Positions 10,459 to 19,813 of a DNA stretch of 64,000 bases are shown here, piece by piece (the first letter of the stretch is position 1; every line of letters starts with the position of its first letter). A model generated the notes under the pieces. It did not search any database. It had not been told where the DNA came from and saw only the letters and a program-made list of their open reading frames with translations. This stretch comes from a virus (Duplodnaviria; Caudoviricetes), in the IMG/VR virus record IMGVR_UViG_2775506835_000006, positions 17,517 through 81,516 of that record; one strand, given 5' to 3'. The position numbers and the translations under genes were made by a program.

Positions 10459-10860
10459 ATGGCGCAGGTTGGATGCCTTGGAGTGATCCCCTTCGTTGTG
10501 TCTGCCGACATGATCCAGACCATCAATAACGTTGCCTGGTCCGGCTCCGTGCGATATGGAGAACATCAGCGACACCTTTCCAGTACGCTTACAGAATTTA
10601 CAGGCGTGAATCCGGATACGTTTTCCTTTGAAATGATACTTTCCGCTTATCTTGGCGTTGATCCAATGACCGCAATCGTTCAGCTTTGTCAGTATGAAAA
10701 CAATGGAATTGCGGTGCCAGTGGTCATCGGAACTAGATCATATGGGAAGTATCGATGGACCGTGCAAAAGCATCAAATTAAAATGACTGACTATGATAAG
10801 AGCGGCAACCTCGCTATTGCTGCTGTATCAGTTGAATTACTGGAATACCTGAAAGAATGA
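10459..10860 (+). CDS. Phage tail protein (P2 gpU-like)
   Basis: 'GCLGVIPF', 'EFTG', 'VELLEY' motifs. Confidence 0.8.
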   Translation: MAQVGCLGVIPFVVSADMIQTINNVAWSGSVRYGEHQRHLSSTLTEFTGVNPDTFSFEMILSAYLGVDPMTAIVQLCQYENNGIAVPVVIGTRSYGKYRWTVQKHQIKMTDYDKSGNLAIAAVSVELLEYLKE

Positions 10861-10868
10861 GGTGCTCT

Positions 10869-11189
10869 ATGAGATACACAGTCAGTGCTCAAAGCTCCGG
10901 AATCGTTCAAATTAACGAGACTGACACGGTAGCTTCTATCCTGCAAAATGTAGCAATAATCCTTGCCACCCGAAAAGGAAGCGTGCCGTTATATCGTAAT
11001 TTCGGACTCTCTCAAGAATTCGTGGATAAACCGATTTCCGTTGCAAAGTCCATGCTTTATGCGGAAATCAAGGAGGCCGTAGAGGCGTATGAACCACGTG
11101 CGGAGATCGTTAATATTTCTTTTCAGGAGGACGCGGCAGCGTTAGGCCGGCTGATTCCAGTGGTGGAGGTGGAGATTGTCAATGAGTAG
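10869..11189 (+). CDS. Baseplate wedge GPW/gp25 family protein
   Basis: 'ILATRKGSVPLYRNFG...YEPRA'. Confidence 0.9.
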   Translation: MRYTVSAQSSGIVQINETDTVASILQNVAIILATRKGSVPLYRNFGLSQEFVDKPISVAKSMLYAEIKEAVEAYEPRAEIVNISFQEDAAALGRLIPVVEVEIVNE

Positions 11190-12318
11190 GAATGTTGAGT
11201 ACCAATTTGTCAGCACAGATACGGAAACACTGATTGCGGACTTGGTGTCTGCATATGAAAAAATCACTGGCACCAGTGTGAAACCAGCCAGTCCCGAAAA
11301 GCTGTTTATTCAATGGGTCGCATCTATAATCCTCCAGGAACGTATCCTGAACAACTACACCGGCAATCAAAACATTCCCAGCAGGGCGGAAGGAGAAAAT
11401 CTGGACGCCTTGGGAGAATTGTTCTTTGTTACAGAACGCCCGGAAGCGCAAAGTGCAGTGTGTACCGAACGGTTTTATATTTCAGCGACTCAAAGCACCG
11501 CCATTCTGATTCCATCCGGTACGAGGGTAACCGATACAAGTAATGCACTGGTATGGGAAACGGTTTCCGACGTATATGTCCCTATTGGCTCTCTCTATGT
11601 TGATGCACAGTTGAGGTGCCAAACACCAGGAGCAATAGGCAATGGATACGCGATCGGGCAGCTCAATAACCTAGTTGATTTGTTTGATTACTATGACCAT
11701 TGCGAAAATATTACGGTCAGTGACGACGGCGCCGATGAAGCGACCGATGATGAATATTATGAATTGATGCGTGCCAGTACGGATGGATATAGCTGCGCCG
11801 GCGCCAAGGGCGGATATGTTTACTTTGCCAAACAGGTATCCACTGAAATTGCAGATGTTGTTGCCAACCGTCCCAGCGACGGCTGCGTAGCTCTGTATAT
11901 CTTGATGGATGACGGATCCATAGCTACTACAGAAATCAAGAATGCCGTGTTGGCAGCTTGCAATCCGGATTATGTCCGTCCACTGACGGATCGAATTTCT
12001 GTCGCTGATCCTGAAACAGTAAATTACAATATCACTTTTACCTATTACATATCCCGTGACACTTCTATTAGCTCTACGGAGATTCAACAGTCTGTCGATG
12101 CAGCTGTAAAGGAGTATACAGTGTGGCAATGTGGAAAATTGGGCCGAGATATCAATCCGTCTTATTTGATCGGACTGTTGATGCAAACCGGGATCAAACG
12201 GGTGGAATTGACAAGCCCGTCCTTTATTGCGTTGCGGGACGGCGCGGATAACACTGTTCCTCAGGTTGCCGCAGTAAATACGATTGCGGTGACGGATGGA
12301 GGGCATGAGGATGAATAG
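11182..12318 (+). CDS. Baseplate J-like protein
   Basis: 'AEGENLDALG', 'DGADEATDDEY', 'RPLTD'. Confidence 0.9.
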   Translation: MSRNVEYQFVSTDTETLIADLVSAYEKITGTSVKPASPEKLFIQWVASIILQERILNNYTGNQNIPSRAEGENLDALGELFFVTERPEAQSAVCTERFYISATQSTAILIPSGTRVTDTSNALVWETVSDVYVPIGSLYVDAQLRCQTPGAIGNGYAIGQLNNLVDLFDYYDHCENITVSDDGADEATDDEYYELMRASTDGYSCAGAKGGYVYFAKQVSTEIADVVANRPSDGCVALYILMDDGSIATTEIKNAVLAACNPDYVRPLTDRISVADPETVNYNITFTYYISRDTSISSTEIQQSVDAAVKEYTVWQCGKLGRDINPSYLIGLLMQTGIKRVELTSPSFIALRDGADNTVPQVAAVNTIAVTDGGHEDE

Positions 12319-12898
12319 CCAGCATGATATCTCAGTTGAAAATCTATTGGTTGTTCTTCCTGACGTGCTCCGGAACGATGAAAACATGCGAGCTTTAGCG
12401 ACCTCAATTTCCAGTGTATTGGCAAAACGGACGGAAGAAATTCAAAGGCTGATGATATACTCCCGGATCAATGAGCTTCCGGAAGAATTGCTGGATATAT
12501 TGGCCCATGATTTCAAAGTCGATTGGTGGGATGGAGATTACACGCTGGAGGAAAAGCGTAAGACGTTAAAAGAAAGTTGGCGTGTTCACCGAACCCTCGG
12601 TACAAAAGCAGCGGTAGAGACGGCAATTTCAGCTATTTATCCTGATACACAGGTAAGCGAGTGGTTTCAATACGGCGGTGCCCCTTATCATTTTAAACTG
12701 CTGATCGACGCCACATATGAAGATGTAGATCCTGAGAAGTATCGACGTGTTCTCGAAAAAGTGGACTACTACAAAAATTTACGTTCTGTGCTGGATGAAG
12801 TGGAATATTACGACTCAGGCGGCACGGCTGCTGTCTATGCGGCAGCCGCTTGCATCGGATGTGAAGTTGAAGATGGAGCAACGGCAGAGCATTATTAG
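12311..12898 (+). CDS. Phage tail protein I (P2 gpI-like)
   Basis: 'LPEELLDILA', 'HRTLGTKAAV', 'EWFQYGGAPYHF'. Confidence 0.9.
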   Translation: MNSQHDISVENLLVVLPDVLRNDENMRALATSISSVLAKRTEEIQRLMIYSRINELPEELLDILAHDFKVDWWDGDYTLEEKRKTLKESWRVHRTLGTKAAVETAISAIYPDTQVSEWFQYGGAPYHFKLLIDATYEDVDPEKYRRVLEKVDYYKNLRSVLDEVEYYDSGGTAAVYAAAACIGCEVEDGATAEHY

Positions 12899-12915
12899 AC
12901 GGAGGTGTTTTTTCT

Positions 12916-14586
12916 ATGGCAAATTGGATCGGCGTCGTCACAAACGTCGGTAATGCACTCTTTTCTCAATGGCTCGTTGGGACCAAACTAAATATTAGTA
13001 GCGCTGCAGCAGGTACAGGAACTGTTCCACCCGCAGCTTTGCTTGCGCAGACGGCTCTTGTAAATCAAAAGCAGGTAGCGAGCATAGTGTCTTACGAACG
13101 TATGGAAAAGGGAATTAAACTCAAAGTGCAAATCACTGCACCGCAAACTGGCTATTTTCTCAATCAGTTTGGCTTATGGGGAACTTTGGACAGCGGAACG
13201 CCAACGATGGTTGCTATTTTCCAGAACGAAGACAGCATTCCAATTCCCAATCATGCAGATTCCCCTGACTTTGTGTATACTTTCTACGGTATTATTGCCA
13301 TGTCTAACACGGGAGATTTTTCGGTAACGGTTGATGCCAGTGCAGTAGTTTCGATGTCTACAATGACTGCAGCTATTTCTGAAGCTGTTGCAACGAAGCA
13401 AGAGGCAATTAAAACTGTCGGTGTATTAAAAGGACAGGGAAACGGTTCTGTGTCTGCAGCGCTCGCTGGAACAGACTATGTTACACCAAGCAACCTGAAC
13501 AGCGCAGTAGAAACGCACAGCACTAATTCAGCTGCTCATAGAGATATCCGGCAAGCAGTTGAAACAGCACAGACGGCGGCAAACGACGCAAAGGCGGTTG
13601 CGAATGGAATCACTTTAGGGTCAATTTCCGGAATATTGCCGGTCAGCCGCGGGGGTACGGGAAAGACAAGCTGGGTTGCCAATCGTTTGGCTTATCCTTC
13701 GGGTAGCACGACGATGACGCAACTTCTTAATCCGACGACATCCGGTTCGTTTCTGCGTCAAAACACCAGCGGCGCTCCATTTTGGACAGGACCAGCCGAT
13801 GTGCTTGGAGCAATCGGCGCCGTACCAGAAACACGCACAATAAATGGGAAGGCTCTAACAGGCAATATCACTTTGACCGCACCAGAGATGGGCGCTCCGT
13901 CTTTGGGGAATGACGGGAAAATCTCATTGGAGCAGATGCCCAATATTCCGCCTGCTGTCACTACATCGGGAAGTGGAAGTGCGTATACCGCTACGATTGA
14001 TGGTATCACAGAAATTTCAAAAGGATTGCTTATCACAATTATCCCACACACATCGAGCACCAGCGTCAGTCCTACACTCAACCTCAACGGAATGGGCGCA
14101 AAGACGATCAAACGGCGATACAGCTATACCAATGATAGTATGGCAAGCGGACAAACCAGCAGCTGGCTTTATTCTGGCAGAACTCAATTGTTGCAGTATG
14201 ACGGCGGTTATTGGATTGCCATTGGTGCCAATAAACCTTATGGTCCGGATATGTACGGTACAGTGGGAATTTCCAATGGCGGTACTGGGAAGACAAGCTG
14301 GACCAGCAATCGCTTGGTTTATGCTTCCACAAGTTCTACGTTAACACAGTTAGCGCCGCCAACTTCTGGAACAGGATATTTATCGCAGGGTGTAAGCGGT
14401 GCACCATCCTGGGTTTTTCCAGCTAATATGGAAGTTGGCAGAGCAGATTTTTCAACAGAATCTGCTTCTGCAACTGAGGCGGTTCATGCTTTGGATTCCG
14501 ATAGTGTAAACGGATACACAATTGTCGTTTCTGATTCAGCACCAACCGATGTTGTGCCTGGGCGGATCACTCTTGTATATGAATAG
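12916..14586 (+). CDS. Tail fibre protein
   Basis: Follows gpI; repeated 'GGTGKTSW.. NRL' units and 'INGKALTGNITL'; C-terminus homologous to 57108..58871. Confidence 0.8.
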   Translation: MANWIGVVTNVGNALFSQWLVGTKLNISSAAAGTGTVPPAALLAQTALVNQKQVASIVSYERMEKGIKLKVQITAPQTGYFLNQFGLWGTLDSGTPTMVAIFQNEDSIPIPNHADSPDFVYTFYGIIAMSNTGDFSVTVDASAVVSMSTMTAAISEAVATKQEAIKTVGVLKGQGNGSVSAALAGTDYVTPSNLNSAVETHSTNSAAHRDIRQAVETAQTAANDAKAVANGITLGSISGILPVSRGGTGKTSWVANRLAYPSGSTTMTQLLNPTTSGSFLRQNTSGAPFWTGPADVLGAIGAVPETRTINGKALTGNITLTAPEMGAPSLGNDGKISLEQMPNIPPAVTTSGSGSAYTATIDGITEISKGLLITIIPHTSSTSVSPTLNLNGMGAKTIKRRYSYTNDSMASGQTSSWLYSGRTQLLQYDGGYWIAIGANKPYGPDMYGTVGISNGGTGKTSWTSNRLVYASTSSTLTQLAPPTSGTGYLSQGVSGAPSWVFPANMEVGRADFSTESASATEAVHALDSDSVNGYTIVVSDSAPTDVVPGRITLVYE

Positions 14587-14592
14587 GAGGAT

Positions 14593-15546
14593 TTGCTCAT
14601 GCCTTTATATTTGGATTCAAGCTCAACCAATCAAAAAATTTCTAAAATTTATATTGATTCTTCGGATAGTGTGCAAAAGGTAGTAAAAGAAGCGTGGCTG
14701 GCAGATGAAGCGGGTGTAAACCGAAAAATATTCAGTATGGGTATTCCTATTGGTCAGCTTCCTATTGGTAGTGTCGTAAAAGATATAAACACAAAATACA
14801 ATGATGCAGTTATAAGGTTCATTGTAGGGTATAAGGATGTAAATGCCGTACGACTGATTACAGAACGAATTATTACCTTAAAGTGCTTTGACGCAAAGGA
14901 ACCTACAAATCCAAACAGCCAGAGGAAAAGCTATGGAAATAACCGTTATAGCCAATCTAATATAGATCAATGGTTGAACAGTACTGCTACTGCTGGCACA
15001 TGGTATAATGCACGCCATGAATACGATACACCTCCTGCAAGTGCAAACGTTAGCAGTAACTATTACGATCAACAGCCTGGGTTTTTAGTGGGCTTTTCAG
15101 AACCTCTTAAAAACATCCTTCAGGATGATACTGTTGTAATCGCTTTAAATACAGTCTCGGATGGAGGAGGGTCGGAAACAATCACTAGAAAGGTTCGCCT
15201 TATCACCAGGACAGAAGCAGGAAAAGGAAATGAAAATGGAATTGTTGAAGGGGCTCAATGGGAATATTTTAAAAGTTACCAAAACCGCCAAGCATTTCCT
15301 ACATATGAAGCAGCTCAACAGTCTGAATATTCTGTATCGGCCTCCCAACCTTGGTGGTGGTTTTTGGCTACACCGTATATTGGGCGTGCAGGATCTGTTC
15401 GATTTATCTCGGAAAATGATGATCCGATTAGTTTCAAGAATGCTTATGACGGAAGTGGTGGGATTCGACCAGCAATATTTTTGTCGCCTACTACCTTAGT
15501 ATTTCCGAAGCCAGATACGGACGGCGCATATATGTTGCAATTTTAA
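14593..15546 (+). CDS. DUF6273-like tail-associated protein
   Basis: 'CFDAKEP...GNNRYSQSNIDQWLNS', 'WWFLATP...GIRPA'. Confidence 0.7.
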   Translation: MLMPLYLDSSSTNQKISKIYIDSSDSVQKVVKEAWLADEAGVNRKIFSMGIPIGQLPIGSVVKDINTKYNDAVIRFIVGYKDVNAVRLITERIITLKCFDAKEPTNPNSQRKSYGNNRYSQSNIDQWLNSTATAGTWYNARHEYDTPPASANVSSNYYDQQPGFLVGFSEPLKNILQDDTVVIALNTVSDGGGSETITRKVRLITRTEAGKGNENGIVEGAQWEYFKSYQNRQAFPTYEAAQQSEYSVSASQPWWWFLATPYIGRAGSVRFISENDDPISFKNAYDGSGGIRPAIFLSPTTLVFPKPDTDGAYMLQF

Positions 15547-15559
15547 GAGGAACATAAAT

Positions 15560-16327
15560 ATGGATATAAAAAAGGATCTTTTGACAATTAATTCCTACAG
15601 CCGGCCCGGTACAAAGCTTAGCAAAGTTACCAAGATTGCAGTACACTACGTCGGCAATCCAGGAAGCACGGCACAGGCCAATCGGAACTATTTTGAATCG
15701 CTAAAGGAAGGAAAGTGCAACAGTAGCGGCCAGCTGATTTATGCATCATCCCACTATATCGTTGGATTGGATGGAGAGATTCTCCAGTGTATCCCGGAAA
15801 TGGAGATCAGTTACGCGACGAACCAAGCCAACCTGTATAGCATCAGCATTGAGTGCTGCCACCCGGCGGCGGACGGCAAGTTTACAGTGGCCACAGAACG
15901 GGCGCTGGTTGTCCTCTGCGCCGATCTCTGCCAGCGGTACAAGCTCGATCCTCTGAAAGATATCATTCGTCATTACGATGTGACGAAAAAGGTGTGTCCA
16001 AAGTACTATGTTGATCATCCGGAGGCCTACGAGGATTTCAGGCAACGCGTGCGAAGCTTAATGGTTATTGAGATTGACACCACCATGGACGTCGTACGGC
16101 GGCACGGAGACTGCTACACGGTAGCTATGAAATGTGTAGACAAGCCGGTGATCTATCCCGGCACAGAAAAGGTTGTGACGGTCTGCCCACCCTACCCCTA
16201 CGGCGGCGGCTGGCGGGCGAATATCGTTGCGATAAACCAGGCAGGGAGCAGCACGGGGATTTATACGCGCCTTCCGGATCAGGATAAGACGGACGGTGTA
16301 CTGCGGTTTGAGTTTAAAATTACATAA
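15560..16327 (+). CDS. N-acetylmuramoyl-L-alanine amidase endolysin (Amidase_2)
   Basis: 'AVHYVGN', 'ASSHYIV', 'SISIECCH', 'RHYDVTKKVCP'. Confidence 0.9.
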   Translation: MDIKKDLLTINSYSRPGTKLSKVTKIAVHYVGNPGSTAQANRNYFESLKEGKCNSSGQLIYASSHYIVGLDGEILQCIPEMEISYATNQANLYSISIECCHPAADGKFTVATERALVVLCADLCQRYKLDPLKDIIRHYDVTKKVCPKYYVDHPEAYEDFRQRVRSLMVIEIDTTMDVVRRHGDCYTVAMKCVDKPVIYPGTEKVVTVCPPYPYGGGWRANIVAINQAGSSTGIYTRLPDQDKTDGVLRFEFKIT

Positions 16328-16342
16328 TAGGAGGATGGACTT

Positions 16343-16831
16343 ATGAACGAACACACCATTATTGGAATCAAAGCAACTATTACTGCGGCCTGCGCCGCTA
16401 TGTCTGCCTGGCTGGGTTGGTTTGGGTGGCTCGTCGTCGCTTGGGCTGCATGCATGGTCTTGGATTACCTCACCGGATCGGCGGCGGCATGCAGAGCCGG
16501 CGAATGGAGTAGCGCAATAGCAAGGGACGGACTGTGGCATAAAGCAGGAGCAATCGTTGCAGTCGCTGCATCTCTACTAACGGATATTTTAGTTGGTTTG
16601 GTTGTCAATCACATTCCTGCTATTTCTCTGCCGTTTGCATACACAGTGCTCTTCTGCCCAGTTGTAATCGTGTGGTATATTTTAACTGAATTAGGATCAA
16701 TTGTCGAAAATGCCGGTAAGCTGGGCGCTCCCGTTCCGCCTTTTTTGGCGCGAGTAATTACCATTTGCAAGGGAAGCGTGGATGCTGCCGGAGATAAGAT
16801 CTCAGAAGAAAAAGAGGATAAACAGGACTGA
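16343..16831 (+). CDS. Phage holin (phage_holin_4-like)
   Basis: Multiple TM segments, 'DYLTG', 'ELGSIVENAGKLG.PVP'. Confidence 0.9.
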   Translation: MNEHTIIGIKATITAACAAMSAWLGWFGWLVVAWAACMVLDYLTGSAAACRAGEWSSAIARDGLWHKAGAIVAVAASLLTDILVGLVVNHIPAISLPFAYTVLFCPVVIVWYILTELGSIVENAGKLGAPVPPFLARVITICKGSVDAAGDKISEEKEDKQD

Positions 16832-16893
16832 CAACAACAGCGCCCTGCTTCGTGAGTGGAGCAGGGCGCTTTCGTTATTTTGGGGGTATTCAT

Positions 16894-18882
16894 ATGATTA
16901 CTTTAAATGACAAGTGGATATTATTAGGCAATTGGGGGGATACGGATCTCGGATATGCAGGCGAAAACGAGGTGCGTATCATGCATATACAAATGCCCGA
17001 AGTTCTGTATAACGATTGGAGCATTGTTATAGACGTCAAATACGATAATACGAAAAAGAATATTTGGGCAACTGAAAAGAGCATAGACAATGGGAAACTG
17101 ATTCTGTCAACTGTGATCAGAAAGGAGTATATTCCAAAAGAAGGAAATATCCATATTCAGGTTCGTGCGTCAAGCTCTGATGGCAGAGTTAAAAAATCGT
17201 CCTTACTTACCCTAAACATTAAAGATAGCATTAATGCCCCGGATATGGTTCCATTGCCACTTCCATCCGAGTTCTATGAATACGAACAGAATGTCATAAG
17301 TGCAAAATCTGCGGCTGAAATTGCAGCAAGTCGTGCTGGACTATCTGAACAGTCTGCGGAAAACTCGGTAGCAGAATGTGAACGCATTCTTGAAGAGGTA
17401 AAGGACAATAACACTTGGCGTGAATATGGACAAACACCTTGCAAATTTAATTTATCATTATTTGGAGAAGTAAAGTTAAAATCAGAAGGAGAATGTTCAT
17501 ATTGTATCTATTCCGATACGGTTAAGGACATGGCGAGCCAAGAACGAAATTATTATGGCAGCATTACGGAAGACACCAGCCGTGGTTACTATGAGTTTAC
17601 GTTGGGCAGCAAAGCAACTGCCTGGTATAATGTGTACTTCAAAATGACTTTCTCTAAACTGGAAATAGGGAAGGCGTACAAGATTTATGTTGATACTACC
17701 GGGTTGCAGCCAGGCTCTACGACTGCAACCATGATGTATGGACAATTTCTTTTGGCTGAATTGATCAACGGTCAAAAGGGAAATCAAATCATGGCGCCAA
17801 CGCGTATATCTTCAGCAGGGCTACATGGATTCGAGTTTGTGCCAACGACTGCTGATATTATCTTGGAGTACTATCCGGGCAATGTATTAGCAGAACTTGT
17901 TGCAGGTTACCAGTTCCGTTTTCGTGATTTATATGTAAACCGATCGGGTAGCGGGGATGAGCACACACCTATTTATGAAAAGAGGGGCATATTTAATGGC
18001 GAGACTATAATACAGGATGCAGTTTCCGGTTTGAATCTTGAATCGGTTCCGGTTTGCACTGTATGGTATTCTAAAGCACAATCTAACGTTTATACAGTCA
18101 ACGGTATTCGCCCGGACGATACCGGGAACGTACTGCTCCAGAAACCTCCTTTATCGAGGCTGGAGGGTAAGATACTGGCCTGCTTTGGAGACAGTATTAC
18201 AGGGAATTTTCAGCCGCCGGTGGACTATCCTTCCGTAATTGCAAAGCTGACCGGTATGCAGGTATATAACTTTGGGGTGGGCGGCTGCCGGATGTCTCAG
18301 CACCCGGATCAGTATTATGACGCCTTTAGCATGTACCGGCTGGCAGACGCCGTAACTACTGGAAATTTTGCGTTACAGGAAGCGGCGGTGGGGCATACCG
18401 CAAATTATGCAGCCGACCGCGTGACATCATTAAAATCTATTGACTGGACAAAAGTGGACTATGTTACCATTCTATTTGGAACAAACGATATTCAGGGAGG
18501 CGTGTCACTGGATATCGTAAATGATCCCAAAGATGTCACAACTTACCTGGGTGCTGCCCGGTACAGCCTGGAAGCGCTCTGGAACCGCTATCCGAATCTG
18601 CGGGTTTTGCTTTTGACTCCCATTTATCGCTACTGGGATAATGAACGTATTGATAGCGATGAAAAAATGTTTGGAAACAGGCACTTTTACGAATTTGGAA
18701 ATGCGCTTCTTCAGTTGGCAAAGGATTACAAAACACCAGCGCTGGATTTATATTATACTTTGGGAATCAACAAATACAACCGGGGGCAGTATTTCTCAAC
18801 TGGCGATGGGACACATCCAAATGATGCGGGCCGCGTGTTGTTGGGAGAAAAGGTCGCATGGAAGCTGCTGAGTGAGTTTTAA
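16894..18882 (+). CDS. SGNH/GDSL hydrolase with BppU-like N-terminus
   Basis: Blocks FGDS(IT), GVGG, GTND, DGTHP; N-terminal 'GYAGENE'. Confidence 0.85.
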   Translation: MITLNDKWILLGNWGDTDLGYAGENEVRIMHIQMPEVLYNDWSIVIDVKYDNTKKNIWATEKSIDNGKLILSTVIRKEYIPKEGNIHIQVRASSSDGRVKKSSLLTLNIKDSINAPDMVPLPLPSEFYEYEQNVISAKSAAEIAASRAGLSEQSAENSVAECERILEEVKDNNTWREYGQTPCKFNLSLFGEVKLKSEGECSYCIYSDTVKDMASQERNYYGSITEDTSRGYYEFTLGSKATAWYNVYFKMTFSKLEIGKAYKIYVDTTGLQPGSTTATMMYGQFLLAELINGQKGNQIMAPTRISSAGLHGFEFVPTTADIILEYYPGNVLAELVAGYQFRFRDLYVNRSGSGDEHTPIYEKRGIFNGETIIQDAVSGLNLESVPVCTVWYSKAQSNVYTVNGIRPDDTGNVLLQKPPLSRLEGKILACFGDSITGNFQPPVDYPSVIAKLTGMQVYNFGVGGCRMSQHPDQYYDAFSMYRLADAVTTGNFALQEAAVGHTANYAADRVTSLKSIDWTKVDYVTILFGTNDIQGGVSLDIVNDPKDVTTYLGAARYSLEALWNRYPNLRVLLLTPIYRYWDNERIDSDEKMFGNRHFYEFGNALLQLAKDYKTPALDLYYTLGINKYNRGQYFSTGDGTHPNDAGRVLLGEKVAWKLLSEF

Positions 18883-18991
18883 TGTCATAAATTACCTCTA
18901 GCCCCCGGTGAATGTGGCAGTCTCTTCATGGGGACAAAGCGCTCGACCTCTTTATTGCCAAAATTGCAGGTTAGGGGCTCTTTTATATTTA

Positions 18992-19020
18992 ATGACTATT
19001 ACACAAAATCTTGATATAAT
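18992..19020 (+). promoter_or_regulatory. Putative sigma-A promoter for the endonuclease gene
   Basis: ATGACT-N17-TATAAT with extended TGn. Confidence 0.45.
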
Positions 19021-19057
19021 AGGACACACCAAGATAAGTTTGGAAGGGAGTAGTGGT

Positions 19058-19642
19058 ATGTCTAATACTGGAAAATTGTTTGAAGACCTTGTGTACAATA
19101 TAGTTGTAAGCCAAGTCAATAAGGGGCAATTTTTACTATCTGACCCTAATGTACGTGTTTGCAGGAATGCAAAATACTACTCGAAAGATAGAGAGGCAAA
19201 TATTGAGTGCGAAATATCCGTAGAAAAATATCTAATAGATCCAAGTACTAACACTGATGTGCGACCGTCTATTATTGTAATTATAGAATGCAAAGACTAT
19301 TCAGGACCTATTCCAGTCAGTGATGTAGAAGAGTTTCATGCTAAGTTGCAGCAGATCGGTGCGGACAACACGAAAGGTATTATAATTATAAGATCGGGAT
19401 ACTATCAAAAGAGTGCTTTAAAGTATGCGCTATCAAAAGGGATTACCTTAGCAAGGATAATGCCTGAAAATCAAGTGAGCTATATTTTGTATAGAAGGGC
19501 AAACAGCTTTTCGAACGTTTTAGGTGCAAGCATGTTCCGAGCGCTCACTGAGCCGGGTTTTTGTTCAGATGATGGCGAGGAATTTTTTTCATTATCCGGA
19601 GAAAAGTGCTTATGTAGCCTTATTGATAATTTAATAAAATAA
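19058..19642 (+). CDS. Mrr-like / PD-(D/E)xK restriction endonuclease
   Basis: 'GKLFEDLV', 'IIECKDYSGPIPVSDVEEF', 'KGIII...YQKSALKYA'; AT-rich. Confidence 0.75.
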   Translation: MSNTGKLFEDLVYNIVVSQVNKGQFLLSDPNVRVCRNAKYYSKDREANIECEISVEKYLIDPSTNTDVRPSIIVIIECKDYSGPIPVSDVEEFHAKLQQIGADNTKGIIIIRSGYYQKSALKYALSKGITLARIMPENQVSYILYRRANSFSNVLGASMFRALTEPGFCSDDGEEFFSLSGEKCLCSLIDNLIK

Positions 19643-19691
19643 ACAATTCTCCTGATCAGCTGTAACAGCCTATCAGGAGAATTGTTTATTT
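19641..19691. terminator. Bidirectional terminator between convergent endonuclease and hsdS
   Basis: AAACAATTCTCCTGAT...ATCAGGAGAATTGTTT inverted repeat. Confidence 0.65.
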
Positions 19692-19813
19692 TACGTTATA
19701 TTGAGTTTTAGTTGCCTTCCGCCCATAATTTCAAGGGTAGCTTCCGTATCCATAATCCACTGGTCTTTTTCTTTGCGCGACACGATCACCGGAATGGGGG
19801 CCAGTTTTCCATT

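Larger units (their letters stand above)
1..18882 (+). mobile_element. Prophage 1 (contractile-tail, P2-like tail module), right half; cargo probably extends to the att site at 32712
   Basis: Co-oriented sheath, tube, chaperone, tape measure, X, D, V, U, W, J, I, fibre, amidase and holin genes. Confidence 0.95.
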
